In this document: positions 23,649 through 36,604 of the stretch, piece after piece
Numbering within the stretch: position 1 is the stretch's first letter
Layout of the letters: the number at the start of each line of letters is the position of its first letter
NCBI RefSeq assembly: GCF_036365525.1
Contig: NW_027140645.1
Coordinates: 1 to 64,000, forward strand
Reading direction: 5' to 3'
DNA length: 64,000 nucleotides
DNA from: Heterodontus francisci
Taxonomy: Eukaryota
Program-made: the position numbers and the translations under genes
Notes under the pieces: model-generated
The model's database searches: none
Told to the model about the DNA's origin: nothing
The model's input: the letters and a program-made list of their open reading frames with translations, nothing else

Positions 23649-24030
23649 TTTTTTTATTCATTGAAGGGATGTCGGTGTTGCTAGCTAGGCCAGTATTGAT
23701 TGACCATCCCTAATTTCCCTTAACGTTGTGATGAGCCACCTTCTTGAAATACACTCGAGTTGCTTACTGGGCCATTTTAAAGAGTCTCATATGGACCAGA
23801 CTGAGTAAGGACAGCACCTTTCCATCCCTAAATGACATTAGTGAACCAGGTGGACTTTTAAGACAATCTGGTAATGTTGTGGTCATTTCTGATGCAGGCT
23901 TTTTAATTTCAGATTAATTAACTGAATTTACATTTCCCAGCTGCCACGGTGGAATTTGCACTCATATCTGGATCATTAGACTAGGCCTCTGGATTACTAG
24001 TCCAGCGACATAACCACTATGCTACTGTAC
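23649..24030 (-). mobile_element. Third tRNA-derived SINE family with a LINE-B-like 3' tail
   Basis: Head ...atagtggttatgtcgctggactagtaatccagag; core ggttcactaatgtc; tail matches the LINE-B 3' end; related copies at 35086-35443 (-) and 39240-39710 (+). Confidence 0.6.
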
Positions 24031-24219
24031 ACTAAATGCGAGCAGTATGGCTGGAGTGGTAAATGCAAAGGTTAGTTGCGGTTGCTTTGCTAATGTTAGC
24101 AAACTCAAGTAGTTGATGCTAATGTCGGGACTAGTGTATTTTTGCATACCAGCCATAAACTCTATCACTTACAGATTGAGGATGCTATCTGTAAAATTGT
24201 GAAACATTTCACTCTTGCT

Positions 24220-25440
24220 TATCCAATAGCGAAGGTTCACTAGATTGGCTCATGGGACGAGAGGCTGAGTAAATTGGGCTTGTACTCTGGAGTTTAGAAG
24301 AATGAGAAGTGATCTTATTGAAACATACAAGGTTCTGAGGGGTCTGGACAGGGTAGACACTAAGGTTATTTCCCCCAGTTGGGGAATCTAGAACGTGAGA
24401 TCACAGTCTCAGGATCATTTAGGACTGTAATGAGGAGAAACTTCTCCACTCAAAAGGGTTGGGAACCTTTAGAATTCTGTACTCTAGAGGGTTGTGGATA
24501 CTCCATTGTTGAGTATATTCGAGAGATACTTTCTGGTCTTTTGGAATCAAAGGAAATGGGGAGTGGACGAGAAAGTGGAATTGAGGCAGAAGATCAGCTA
24601 TGATCATATTGAATGGTGGAACAGGCTCAAGGGGCCGTATGGTCTACTCCTGCTCCTATTATGTTCTTAGAGTGGTTGGGTTTTTAATAATGCAAGTCAA
24701 AAGATAGAACCAGCTCCATTTCTATACTGCCCTTCACGTCCACCAGATTTTCCAACTTGCTTTATAAGTGTAGGTACTGTTTTGTAGGCAAATGTGTGCA
24801 GCAAGATCCCACAAACATCACTGGTGTTCTGGCTAAGATGGCACAACAGGATAAAGGGAGTGATATCTACATCCAAGAGGGCTAGTCCCAGAAGAAAAGC
24901 CAGCTGGTAAAGGACAATGTTTATTTCTAATAGAAATGCATCCAACTGTTCAGAGAATCAAAATAGATACCTCCTTAGGGGTAAGCAGGGGCTTTGGCAG
25001 AGGTGGATCTAAACTAGAGGGTACAGAGGAGATGTGAAAATGTTTCCAGGACTAGAAATTTTAGCTATGAAGCAAGATTGGATATGCTGGGGTTGTTTTC
25101 TTTGGAGCAGAGGAGGCAGAAGGGAGATTTAATTGTGTAAAATTGAGAGGCTGAGATAGAAAGGACATATTTCCCTTGGTCAGTAACCAGGGGGTATAGA
25201 TTTAAAGTAATTGGTAGGGTTAGAGGCGAGTTGAAATGTTTTCGTTCAAAGGGTGATGGGGATCTGGAACACTGTCTGAAAGGGTGGTAGAGGCAGACAC
25301 TCCCATTGCATTTTTTTATTTATGTGCCATAATCTACAGGGCTATGGACCCAGAGCCAGTAATTGGAATTAGATCAGATTGTTTTTCAGCTGGCACAGGC
25401 ACAATGGGTTAAATGGCCTTCTGTGCCATAAATTTGTTTT
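24220..25440 (+). mobile_element. Decayed CR1 3' fragments (24220-24670, 25015-25440)
   Basis: GLYSLEFRRMR.DLIETYK and FSLEQRR motifs with CR1 tails. Confidence 0.75.
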
Positions 25441-25576
25441 TCTAAGGGTTTTAAATGACGAGGTGCGGGGGAGTAATGGAGAATATGATGGAGGTTGCTG
25501 AAGGCACAGCTACACAAGAGGCCACAGTCAGAAATCTACAACCTGAAGGCAGGTATTGGGTCAGGCAAGAATTAAA

Positions 25577-28500
25577 ATAAAGTGCTCTGAATTCTGGAAA
25601 GGTCCCAGTGGATTGGAAATGGAACACCTCTGTTCAAGAAAGGAGGGAGACAGAAAGCAGGAAACTATAGGCCAGTTAGCCTAGCATCTGTCTTTAGGAA
25701 AATGCTCGAATCCATGATGAGGTAGTAACAAGATGTCTAGAAAATCACAATACAATCAGGCAGAGTCAGCATGGTTTTGTGAAAGGGAAATTGTGTTTGA
25801 CAAATTTATTAGTGTTCTTTGAGGATGTAACAAGCAGGGTGGATAAAGAGTGGATGCAGTGTATTTGGATTTTCAAAAGGCATTCAATAAGGTGTCACAT
25901 GAAAGACTACTACACAAGGTAAGAGCTCATGTTGGGGGTAACAGTATGAATAGAGGACTGGCTAACTAACGGGAAACTCTTGGCATTTATTCACGGGTGA
26001 AGATTTTGGGAAGGTTGTACACATCGGTTGCAGGCCCACTGGTGGCTAGTCAGGCCTATCCGTGACTGGCAGATTCTCCCACAGTGGGTACAAATGAAAG
26101 TGTAGTCACTGCTGGGGGCAATTGGATCTATCCTCCTTTTCTCTTTCATGCTGGTTCTTCGTTCAGTCTCAAAGGTGTCTGTAGCCCTCCTGATGTAGCA
26201 TCTCCAGGCATCACGATCTAAGGCCTGCGCTTCCCACTGGCAATGGTCGATGTGGCACACAGAGAAGGTCTTCTTTAGGGAGTCCTTGAAACGTTTGCAT
26301 GGGGCCCCTCTGTTCCTTTTACCAGTGGTCAGCTCTCCATACAGCATAAGCTGGGCAACATGACCTACCCAATGCAGTTGGCTTTGCAGGAGGATGGCTT
26401 CGATGCAGGCTATTTCCAGGACTTCAATGTTTGTGATCATAAGTAGGATCAGGAGTAGGCCGTCCGGCCCCTCGAGCCTGCTCCGCCATTCGATAAAATC
26501 ATGGCTGATCTTTTCGTGGACTCAGATCCACTTACCCGTGTTCTCACCGTATCCCTTAATTCCTTTATTATTCAAAAAGATATCTACCTTAGCTTTAAAA
26601 AAAAGTTTACTGAAGAAGCGTAAGCTACTTCACTGGGCAAGGAATTCCATAGATTAACAACCCTCTGGGTGAAGAAGTTCCTTCTTAATTCAGTCCTAAA
26701 TCTGCTCCCTCTAATCTTGAGGCTATGCCCTCTTGTCCTAGCTTCACCTGCCAGTGGAAACATACTCTCCACTTGTATCTTATCTATTCCCTTCATGATT
26801 TTATATGTTTCTATAAGATCCCCCCTCATTCTTCTGAATTCCAATGAATATAATCCCAATCTACTCAGTCTCTCCTCATAAGCCAACCCCCTCAACTCCG
26901 GAATCAACCTAGTGAACCTCCCCTGCACCCTCTCCGGTGCCAGTACATCCTTTCTCAAGTAAGGAGACCAAAACTGCACACAGTACTCCAGGTGCGGCCT
27001 CACCAGTACCTTATACAGCTGCAACATAACCTCTCTGCTTTTAAACTCAATCCCTTTAGCAATGAAGGACAAAATTCCATTTGCCTTCCTAATTACTTGC
27101 GGTACCTGCAGACTAACCTTCTGCGATTCATGCACAAGGACACCCAGGTCCCTCTGCATAGCAGCATGCTGCAACTTTTTACCATTCAAGTAATAATCCT
27201 TTTTACTGTTACTCCTACCGAAATGAATGACTTCACATTTATTAACATTGTATTCTATCTGCCAGTCCTTTGCCCACTCAATGTATCTATGTTCCTCTGC
27301 AGAGTTTCACAGTCATCTGCACACTTTGCTCTGCCACTCATCTTAGTGTCATCTGCAAACTTTGACACCCTACAAGTGGTCCCCAACTCCAAATCATCTA
27401 TATAAATTGTAAATAATTGCAGACCCAACACCGATCCCTGAGGCACACCACTAGTGAATGCCAACCAGAATAGCACTCATTTATCCCCACTCTCTGCTTC
27501 CTGTCAGTCAACCAATCCTCTATCTATGCTAATACTTTACCCCTAACGCCATGCATCCTTATTTTATACAGCAGCCTCTTGTGTGGCACCTTGTCGAAGG
27601 CTTTTTGGAAATCTAGGTACACCACATCCACTGCGTCCCCACTGTCCACCTTGCTCGTAATGTCATCATAGAATTCCAAAAGATTTGTCAAGCATGACCT
27701 GCCCTTCATGAACCTATGCTGCGTCTGCCCAACGGGACAATTTCTATCGAGATGCCCTGCTATTTCTTCCTTGATAATAGACTCAAGCATCTTCCCCACT
27801 ACAGAGGTTAAGCTAACCGGTCTATAATTCCCCATTCTTTGTCTACCTCCCTTTTTAAACAGTGGCATCACATCTGCTGTTTTCCAATCAGCTGGGACTA
27901 CCCCAGAGTCCAGTGAATTTTGGAAAATTATCGCCAGTGCACCTGCTATCTCTCCCGCCATCTCTTTTAGTACCCTAGGATGCATTCCATCAGGGCCAGG
28001 AGACTGATCAATCCTTAGCTCCATTAGCTTGCCCAACACTACCTCTTCCGTAATAATGATTGTTTCCAGGTCCTCACCTACATTTGTCTCTTTGTCCTGC
28101 CAGCGGATCTTGAGGATGCTGCAGAGGAAGCGCTCTAGAAGGCGTACATGACGGCGGTATAGGACCCATGACTCAGTGCCATATAGAAGGGTGGTGAGAA
28201 TTATGGCTTTGTTTGGTCTGTTCTCTGAGGCTTTGGTTGCTCCATGCTCGTTTGTACAGTCTGCTGAATGTACTGTACAGATTGTGTTTGAACGCCTATT
28301 CACGTCCTTGTCTATGCTGGCATCAAAAGGGATGACGCACCCCAAGTAAGTAAACTGCTTGGTGGTCTATATTGTTGGGATGCGGGCTGATGGAAGACTT
28401 CTGTTTTCTTTAAACCAATTTTTTAGTCCAAAGAGTTGCCTAGATAGAGACTGGCTAACAGGAAACAGTCTGGATAAATAGGTCATTTTCAGGATGGCAA

Positions 28501-29030
28501 ACTAACCTGTAGAGTGCCACAGGGATCAATGCTGGGCCCTCAACCATATACGATCTATTATTAATGACTTGGATGAAGGGACCAGCTGTATTGTCAAAAA
28601 TTTACTGATACAAAGATGGACAGGAAAGCAAGTTGTGTGGAGGACAGAGTCTGCAAAGTGATATAAAGTGAGGAAAATGTGAGGTTATCCACTTCAGAAG
28701 AATAAAAAAGCAGATTATTTAAGTAGATGGAGACTGAAGAATGCTCTGGTAGGTAGGGACCTGGGTGTCTTTGTACATGACTCAGTCAGCAGGCAGGTAC
28801 AGCAAGTATTTAGGAAGGCAATTGGAATGTTGGCATTTAGTGCAAGTGGGGGATGGAGTATAAAAGTAGGGAAGTCTTACTATAACTATTCAGGGCATTG
28901 GTGAGATGGCACCTAGAGTACTGTACAGTTTTGGTCACATTTCAGGGACATACATTGGAAGCAGCGCAGAAGGTTTAATAAGTTGATGCTTGGGATCAAG
29001 GGGTTGTCTTATGAGGAAAGGTGGAAATAT
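25577..29030 (+). mobile_element. Old CR1 split by an RTE that is itself split by a CR1
   Basis: Plus CR1 parts 25577-25977 and 28445-29030; minus RTE parts 25990-26437 and about 28087-28440; minus CR1 26438-28086. Confidence 0.8.
26438..28086 (-). mobile_element. CR1 LINE RT region, 5'-truncated
   Basis: ORFs 27524..28345, 27255..27476 and 26584..27189 carry complete RT motifs. Confidence 0.92.
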
Positions 29031-29079
29031 GCACTCTGGTGGAGAAGATATGAGGGCTCTGTTCAGGGTTAACTAGGAT

Positions 29080-29565
29080 TTTCTTTTACTTGTTCATGCG
29101 ATAAGAGTGTTTGCTAGCAAGGCAAAATTTTATTGGCCAGTACTAATTGCACGCGAAGGTGGTGGTAAGCCACCTGTTTGAACCACGCAATCCACGTAGT
29201 GCAGGTGCATCCACAGTGGTGTTGGAGGGAGTTCCAAGATTGAGCCAGTGAAGGCATGGTGATGTATTTCCAAGTCAGGACAGTGAGACGTGAAGGGGAA
29301 CTTGCAGGTGGTGCTGTTCCCATGCATCTGCTGCCCTTGTTCTTCTAGGTGGCAGAGGTCATGGGTTTGAAAGATGTTGTCAAAGCAGCCTTGAGTTGCT
29401 GTAGTGCATCTTGTAGATTGAGCAGTGCACTTAAAGGGAGTGAATGGTTGAGGTGATGCCAATCAAGCAGGCTGCTTTGTCCTGGATTATTCTGTTGGAG
29501 CTGCACTCATCCAGCCAAGTGGAGAGTGTTCCACTATACTCCTAACTTGTGCCTTTTAGATGGTG
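29080..29565 (-). mobile_element. LINE-B fragment
   Basis: Homologous to 1235-1770. Confidence 0.8.
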
Positions 29566-29617
29566 ATAAAAGTATGCTGTTGCACAACCATCACTAGTCC
29601 AATAATTAAATGAAAAT

Positions 29618-29623
29618 TTTATT
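29618..29623 (-). terminator. Putative polyadenylation signal of the kelch-like gene
   Basis: AATAAA on the minus strand at the end of a largely TE-free, AT-rich 1.8-kb stretch after the stop at 31460; LINE sequence resumes just beyond. Confidence 0.5.
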
Positions 29624-31459
29624 ACAAATTATACATTGATATTTGCATTAAATGATGTAACAGTTTTAGTTATGTACTGAGGTATGAAAGCATTCTTGCA
29701 CATGTGAACAAATAATTGGTTTTCTTTAAAAACCCATAGGGTAATACATATATTACAGCTAAAATATCTTATTGCATTGAGAGATTATAGTCTTTAAGCA
29801 CAGCATTGTTCTTGTGAAGCTTTTAAAACATGGATTTTTTGGAAGGTTAAAAGCTGGTAAAGTCTCAGAATCCTGATCAAACTGTTAACACTTGCAGGGT
29901 TTGAGAATGAAGTTAGCTGACTGAGGTACATTTCAGTGACTAGAAACAGTACCACCAAGTGGGGGTTAGAGAACCACAGCAGCAATTCTTACAACAAATA
30001 GCCATTAAACACCTCTATTCTACTAGACAGTTTATAAAAGTATATTTCCACCTCCCTGTCCCATACCACCCCACTTTGAAGGTAGCAGCTTCCTTCTGGA
30101 GGAATAGTCCCAGAGAGGAGTAGGAATCTTAGTGTGATGGATTAACAGCCCATTACCAATGTAGTGTACAAGTAGGCCAACTGCCAGAGAGTCTGTTCAA
30201 CACTCATGAAATAGCCACACAGGTTTTCAGAAGGGGCCAAAGTATAAAGAAAGCAGGAGTAGGAATTCATTAACACAAGGGCACTGAACAATTGGGCCAT
30301 TCCCAGTCAGTGTTAGGGATCAGCTAACGGTACAGATTCAAACCCAACATCTTGATTAGAGTGGCCTAAAAAGAAACTGACTTCAGGACATTTCCCCACC
30401 CAGATATCAGCTTCTTTGCAGACTTACTTCACTTCTTGGTGAAGTAACTTTATCTTCAGTAACTAAGACAGTCTAACTCTTATCAAGATACCCAGGGAGA
30501 ATAAGAGCCAGTATTGGCAATGGGTCCTTACTGCAAACAGTTTACAATAGAAACTGCAGCCCAGACAGGCTGGCTTTCCTCAGTACTGTGCTGGAATCCA
30601 TTTTAAGCATGGGATACAAAAACTTTAAAACTTGTACCTGTATAAGTGAAGACTTTCCTGGAATGAGAACAAGTTTAAAAGTTCCCTTGTACAGGTGGTG
30701 AGTTTTTAAAAACTCAAACTGTAAATTTGCAGCAGGCTATCTGGTGTAGGTTCATCCTCATTGAAATAACTGGACACTTGGGAAAACATCCAGTATTTGC
30801 AAGTTGCATGATGCAGGAAAATACAATGAACAAGAAATCAGCCTTCTGAATCTGGCTGCTACTGCAGGAAGGAATGTGCACATCCTAAATATTAAAAAAA
30901 AATTCAATGAGCAGTGCAGAGGGACTGGAACAAAAATCTCAATACAGGAGGTAAAAAAGCCCCGGTTAGAGAAGCTTTTGCACCAAAAGGAATAATTTAC
31001 TTAATTACAAGGAAAATATTGTTTGAAGAGTCAGAATACCTGAAGAATGTTGGTACCACTGCCATGAAAATATGGCCAACTCTTCTCAATGGAAGCCAAG
31101 ACTTGTAGTTTTCTAATGTGTTCAATTTTGCCACTTGGGCAGTAATTTGGAGAAACAGACCAACTCCCCTGTCCAAGATGACCCCTCCCCTGCCCCCTTG
31201 TCAAACCCATCCAGTTTTCATCCTGTTGAAACTGGTGTTAACAAAATCCAGGTGGGTTTTATGACGGGCTTGTGTCCCACTCCACCAGGTTGCAATGTTA
31301 AAATGATCCCCCAATGCGTTTCTATAAGCTTGTACCTGGTGGAACGGGATGTCCCTTTATGAAGATTGCACATTCTTATTCTGCAAATTGCAGATGACAA
31401 CCATTACACACAGTTGCTGAAAATGGCACATAGCCACAGTGTGAGAGATGAGATTTATG

Positions 31460-31619
31460 TCAATCCACACAATGTTCTTGATCGTCTGTGTGATTGGGCC
31501 ATGCATCTTTCTGTATCTTCACAGAGACACAACTTAACCAACTGCGACTCGTGAGCATCTCTCCAAATATCTCCCATTTGCCAGTTTCTTCACTGTACTG
31601 CTCAATGGTGTCATGGTAT
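31460..31619 (-). CDS. Kelch-like gene, last coding exon (160 bp)
   Basis: gtttccag|A TAC CAT GAC ACC ATT GAG...GAT TGA = YHDTIEQYSEETGKWEIFGEMLTSRSWLSCVSVKIQKDAWPNHTDDQEHCVD*; completes the phase-2 Arg codon of the previous exon. Confidence 0.9.
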
Positions 31620-32452
31620 CTGGAAACAAGGGTTTAGGACAATCAATGATAAAGGGAGAGATTACTGGGCTTCGCACACAAAACAGACTGGGAGTAAAAA
31701 TGAGATCTAGGGAATTCTGCAACTAAAATCAGATAAACAATCAAGAAAAACAGTATTCTGTGCTGCAGCCTTGCCTTTAATCACAGTTGCAACATGACAG
31801 GTTGTGCAGTGAATTGAGAGATGGGAGGTTTTTACTACATCACCTCCAAGAACACAGAAGTGAAGTAAAACTGGATTTGGAAAGGTGTGAGGTCAGTGGT
31901 CTTCAGCAGTGCAGAGGGACTGGAACAAAATAAATCTCAATACAGGAGGTAAATTAGCAGAAACAGCCCCAATCATTTGAGGCTTATGAGAAGCACAGCG
32001 TTTGGGGAACCAAACAAAAAAAGCCCCGTTTAGAGAAAAGCTTTTGCACCAAAGGAATAATTTACTTAATTACAAAGAAAATATTGTTTGAAGAGAGTTG
32101 GTACCACTGCCATGAAAATATGGCCAACTCTTCTCAATGGAAGCCAAGACTTGCAGTTTTCTAATATGTTCAATTTTGCCACGTGGGCAGTAAGTTGGAG
32201 AAACAGACTACCTCCCCCTCAAAAAAAAAAGTTTGCCCCCAAAGGTCTTTTAAATAACAAAGCCCCTGAGCAATACCTCCACCCCAATGGCATGTTTACA
32301 ACAACTTGCATTTATACAGCACTTTTAACATAGTAAAGTTCCCCAAGGCACTTGAGAATTATCAGACCAAAAATATAGACATTGCACCAAAGGAGGAAAC
32401 ATTAGAAAAAGGTGACCAAAAGTTTGGTAGGTTTTTAAGGAGCATCTTTGGC

Positions 32453-33570
32453 AGGTTGTCTAGTGCTGTTGGGAGGAGTTTAAACTAATTTGGCAGGGGG
32501 AGGGGATGCAGACTTCTTGCAGAATAGGGACACAGCTAAACACAGGAAAGCAAAGAAGTCAGAGGGAATACAACAGAAGTAAGTTTCAAGGGAGTAAGAC
32601 CAGGACGGATGGCCTCTACTTTAATGCCAGGAGTATTACAGGTAAAACGGATGAGTTAAGGGCAAGGATCGACAGTGAAATTGTGATTCGGTAGCCATCA
32701 CGAAGGCATGGTTGAGGGAGGGGCAGGATTGGCAGCTCAATATCCCGGGATATAGAATCTTCAGGGGGTAAAAGAGGAGGGGGCGTTGCAATATTAGTTA
32801 AGGAGTCAGTTACTGAAGTAAGGAGAGATGATATCTTGGAGAGGGCATCAAATGAAGCTTTATGGGTAGAGTTTAGGAATAAAAAAAAAGGGACAGCCAC
32901 ATTGCTCGGTATTTATTATAGACCCCCAGATAGTCAGCAGGAAATTGAGGAGCAAATATGTGCGTAATTCACAGGTGTGTAAAAATAGGGTAATTATATT
33001 AGGTGATTTCAACTTTCCCAACATTAATTGGGATAGTCATCGTGTTAAGGGCTTCGATTGAGTGGAGTTCTTAAAATGTATACAGGAGAACTTTTTAGCT
33101 CAATACGTAGAGGATCCAACAAGGGAGGGTGCAGTGCTGGACCTAATTCTGGGGAATGAAGCCAGACAGGTGGTTGATGTGTTGGTGGGGGTGCGATAGC
33201 GACCACAACATGGTACAATTTAAGCTTGTTATGGGGAAAGAAATAGACAAGTTGCAAAAAAAAGGTATTGGATTGGGGGAGAGCGAATTTTAGTAAAATA
33301 AGGCAGGATCTGGCCAAGGTAGACTGGAAAGAGTTACTTGTCGGGAAATCTACAGAAGAGCAGAAGGGGGCATTCAAAAAGAAAATGGGGAGGGTACAGA
33401 CCTAACATGTTCCCTCAAGGGTAGGAGCAACAAGCCCAGAGAACCATGGATGACCAGAAATATTCAGGGTATGATGAGAAGGAGAAGAGAGGCTTTTAGC
33501 AAATACAAAGAGAGCAAATCAACGGAAGCATTAGTGGAGTACAGAAAGTGTAGGATGGAGCTTAAGAAAG
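32453..33570 (+). mobile_element. CR1 fragment spanning the ORF1 end and the ORF2 AP-endonuclease domain
   Basis: SAVGRSLN* ORF1 end; LYFNARSI, GGGVA, YRPP, GDFNFPNI, LDLIL and SDH endonuclease motifs, with stops. Confidence 0.85.
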
Positions 33571-34389
33571 CTACTACCCCACTGGCCGCTGTCCCCTCCT
33601 CGGCAACTCGCTTCCTCCCCTCCACTCAGCCGCTCGCTCCAGACCTTGCTGCTTCCCCCCGCTCCCCTGGCCGATTGTTCCCCGCTATCGCCATGCCGTT
33701 CTCCGGTCACTCGCTTGCTCCCCGCTCCAGCGGCTAGTTATAGGCAGCAATGCTTCCCTCCTCTCGGCCACTCGCGCCTACGTTTGATTGGTCTCCACAC
33801 GCCAAAGCGGCAAGGTGGGTGGCAAGGGGCGACGCAGGAGTGAGTGGCTGAAAGGAAAGTGGCGCAGCCTGGAGCTAGCGGCCGGACAGCGGGGCGGCAG
33901 GGAGCGAGGAACAAAATTGGCCAGAGGAGCGGGCGGGCGGGGGGAAAGCAGTGAGGTTTGGAGCGTGTGGCTGAGAGGAGGAAGCGTCGAGGCCTGGAAC
34001 GGGTTGCCGGGGGTGGGGGTGGGGGAAGAGAGAGCAGCCAGGTGGGTTGGGAACGAGTAGCTGAGTTGGGGGGGTGGGGAGGGAAGAAGGGAGCGATAGA
34101 GATCGAGCTCCAGCTTCAAAATCTCCCATTCAGCCGCTCCCTCCAGCCGAATGGGGGGGCTGGATACCCAATGGCGCTTTATCGCGCATGTGCAAAGATG
34201 GGCCAGACACGGATACACGATGCCGTTGGAGTTGCGTGATGACATCATCCTATGCACGCGCCACTTCGTCCTGGCAAGATGTAACTGCACATGTGCACAG
34301 CTTGATGCACTGATGACATCAGCAGGGCACTGCGTTGTCAGGAGTCACTTTGTATTAATAAAGCCCAGGATACTGTATACTTTCTTATT

Positions 34390-34689
34390 TAGAGATACAG
34401 CACTGAAACAGGCCCTTCGGCCCACCGAGTCTGTGCCGACCAACAACCACCCATTTATACTAACCCTACAGTAATCCCATATGCCCCGTCACCTCCCGAC
34501 ACTAGGGGCAATTTACAACGGCCAATTTCCCTCTCACCTGCAAGTCTTTTGGATGTGGGAGGAAACCGGAGCACCCGGCGAAAACCCACGCAGACACAGG
34601 GAGAACTTGCAAACTCCGCACAGGCAGTACCCAGAATCGAACCCGGGTCTCTAGAGCTGTGAGGCTGCGGTGCTAACCACTGTGCCGCT
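34390..34689 (-). mobile_element. V-SINE
   Basis: Same consensus as other copies; inserted in a minus-strand CR1 fragment. Confidence 0.88.
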
Positions 34690-35085
34690 TCATTGACTGC
34701 TCTCAACCTGTCCTGCCACCTTCAATGACTTATACACATATACACCCAGGTCTCTCTGCTCCTGCACCCCCTTTAGAATTGTACCCTTTATTTTAGAGTG
34801 TCGGTGTTCTTCCTACCAAAATGAATGACTTCACATCAAGTTTCTAAAACAATTACATTTTTAAAAAAATGAATAAAAGCTATGGGAGAAAAAACTCAAT
34901 TTTTATCTACTGGGACTAATCTAATTAATTTTTTGCTTGAAGTTTGTGCTCATTAAGCAATTATCCCTCATATTATGCAGAACCTTTGCCAATATAAACA
35001 AGCCAGCAAACTTCAAAACAAATCCTACAAGTGCAAATGTGTTTAAAAAGAACAAAATTCCCTTCACGCAGTGGTTAGACAAAGG

Positions 35086-35443
35086 TTTTTTTTTTAAATA
35101 TTAGTTTGTGGGATGTGGGCATTGCTGGCTAGGCCAGCATTTATTGCCTAATTGTCCTTGAACTGAGTGTCTTGCTAGGCCATTTCAGAGGGTAGTTAAG
35201 AGTCATTGCTGTGGGTCTGGAGTCACCTGTAGGCCATGTGATTTTCTAAAGGACATTAGTGAACCAGACAGGTTTTTACAACAATGGTTTCATGGTCACC
35301 ATTAGACTAGAATTTAATTCCCAGATTAACTGAATTCAAAATTTCACCATCTGTCGTGATGGGATTCAAACCCATGCCCCCAGAGCATTAGCCTGGATCT
35401 CTGAGTTACTGGTCCAGTGACATTACCACTACATCACCACCTT
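35086..35443 (-). mobile_element. Third SINE family (LINE-B tail)
   Basis: Homologous to 23649-24030. Confidence 0.6.
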
Positions 35444-36438
35444 CCCAAAGTTACATATGAAAGCTTGAACTTTAAGTGAGCAACTCTGAGCTCACACTGG
35501 AGCCCATCAGAGTGCAGAAGCACCATCGAGGAGCCATATAATTCACTAGCATCAGCCCATCTCTCTACGCTTTCCCAATGATTGAGTCAGACTCAATGGA
35601 CTGAGCCAAGACTCCAGTTAAGTTGCTACAGAAATGGTTTTAAACCAAAGGGGGGAAAAAAATGCAGCACGATGGGGAAAGAGCAGAGGAGTGCGACTAA
35701 TTAGATAGCTCTTCCAAAGAACTGGCACAAACACAATGGGCCGAATGTCCTCATTCAGTGCTGTATGATTTTTGCTTCTCCTCCTCAGTCTATTTATCTA
35801 GAAAAGCAGTAGCAAAAGCTCCAGCCATTCTTACTGCTTCAGAATCACTGGGATCTCCACGTGACATCAATTTTTTTTAAAAAGCACAATTTAGTGCAAC
35901 AGCCAGACACAATCTCTGTAGCACAAGTAAGTGGAAAAGGAAATTGCCTGAAATTTGGGTTTTGCAAATTATAATCTAAATTGATCAGAAATATTTCTGT
36001 ATGTGAATTGATGTACAGCATTAGGGGATAAAAACAGTCTCACAAATCTCGTGTCAAATAGTAATTCCTCATGTAAACCCACTGGCCAGTTTATACAGAA
36101 AGGAGTGAAATGCAGTCATACAAGAAAAGGAATTTCAAACACAGTATTTCTGCGGTTATTTCATCATCCTGCAGCAACACCTTGAAATGATGCTCTTTAA
36201 ATATTGCCGGACACAAACTAAGGAAATCCTCGAAGTTTATAAAAGGGTAGTGGAAATCTGGAACTCTCTCCCCCATTAAGCTGTTGAGGCTCGAAGTTGG
36301 TTTGAAAATTTCAAAGCCAGAATAATAGATTTTTGTTGTGCAAGGGGATTCACACTTACAGAACAAGGCAGAAAAAAAAAGGGATTGAGAAACAGATCAG
36401 CCACAATCTAACTCAATGATGGAACCGCTTGCACCTAC

Positions 36439-36604
36439 CGATCCCACCCTTCTTCTCCTCCCAGCACATAGATCTTGCCGTCGATCACAGCCACTCCTGG
36501 CCGGTAGCGTCTCTCGTTCATGGGGGCACACATCTTCCAAACATTGGTTTCAGGGTCATACTGTTCCACCTTGTCTGTGTTCTCTGTTGAGGCATGCCAG
36601 CCAC
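36439..36604 (-). CDS. Kelch-like gene exon (kelch repeats, 166 bp)
   Basis: GGWHASTENTDKVEQYDPETNVWKMCAPMNERRYRPGVAVIDGKIYVLGGEEGWD(R); ccccag acceptor, gtaggt donor. Confidence 0.93.
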
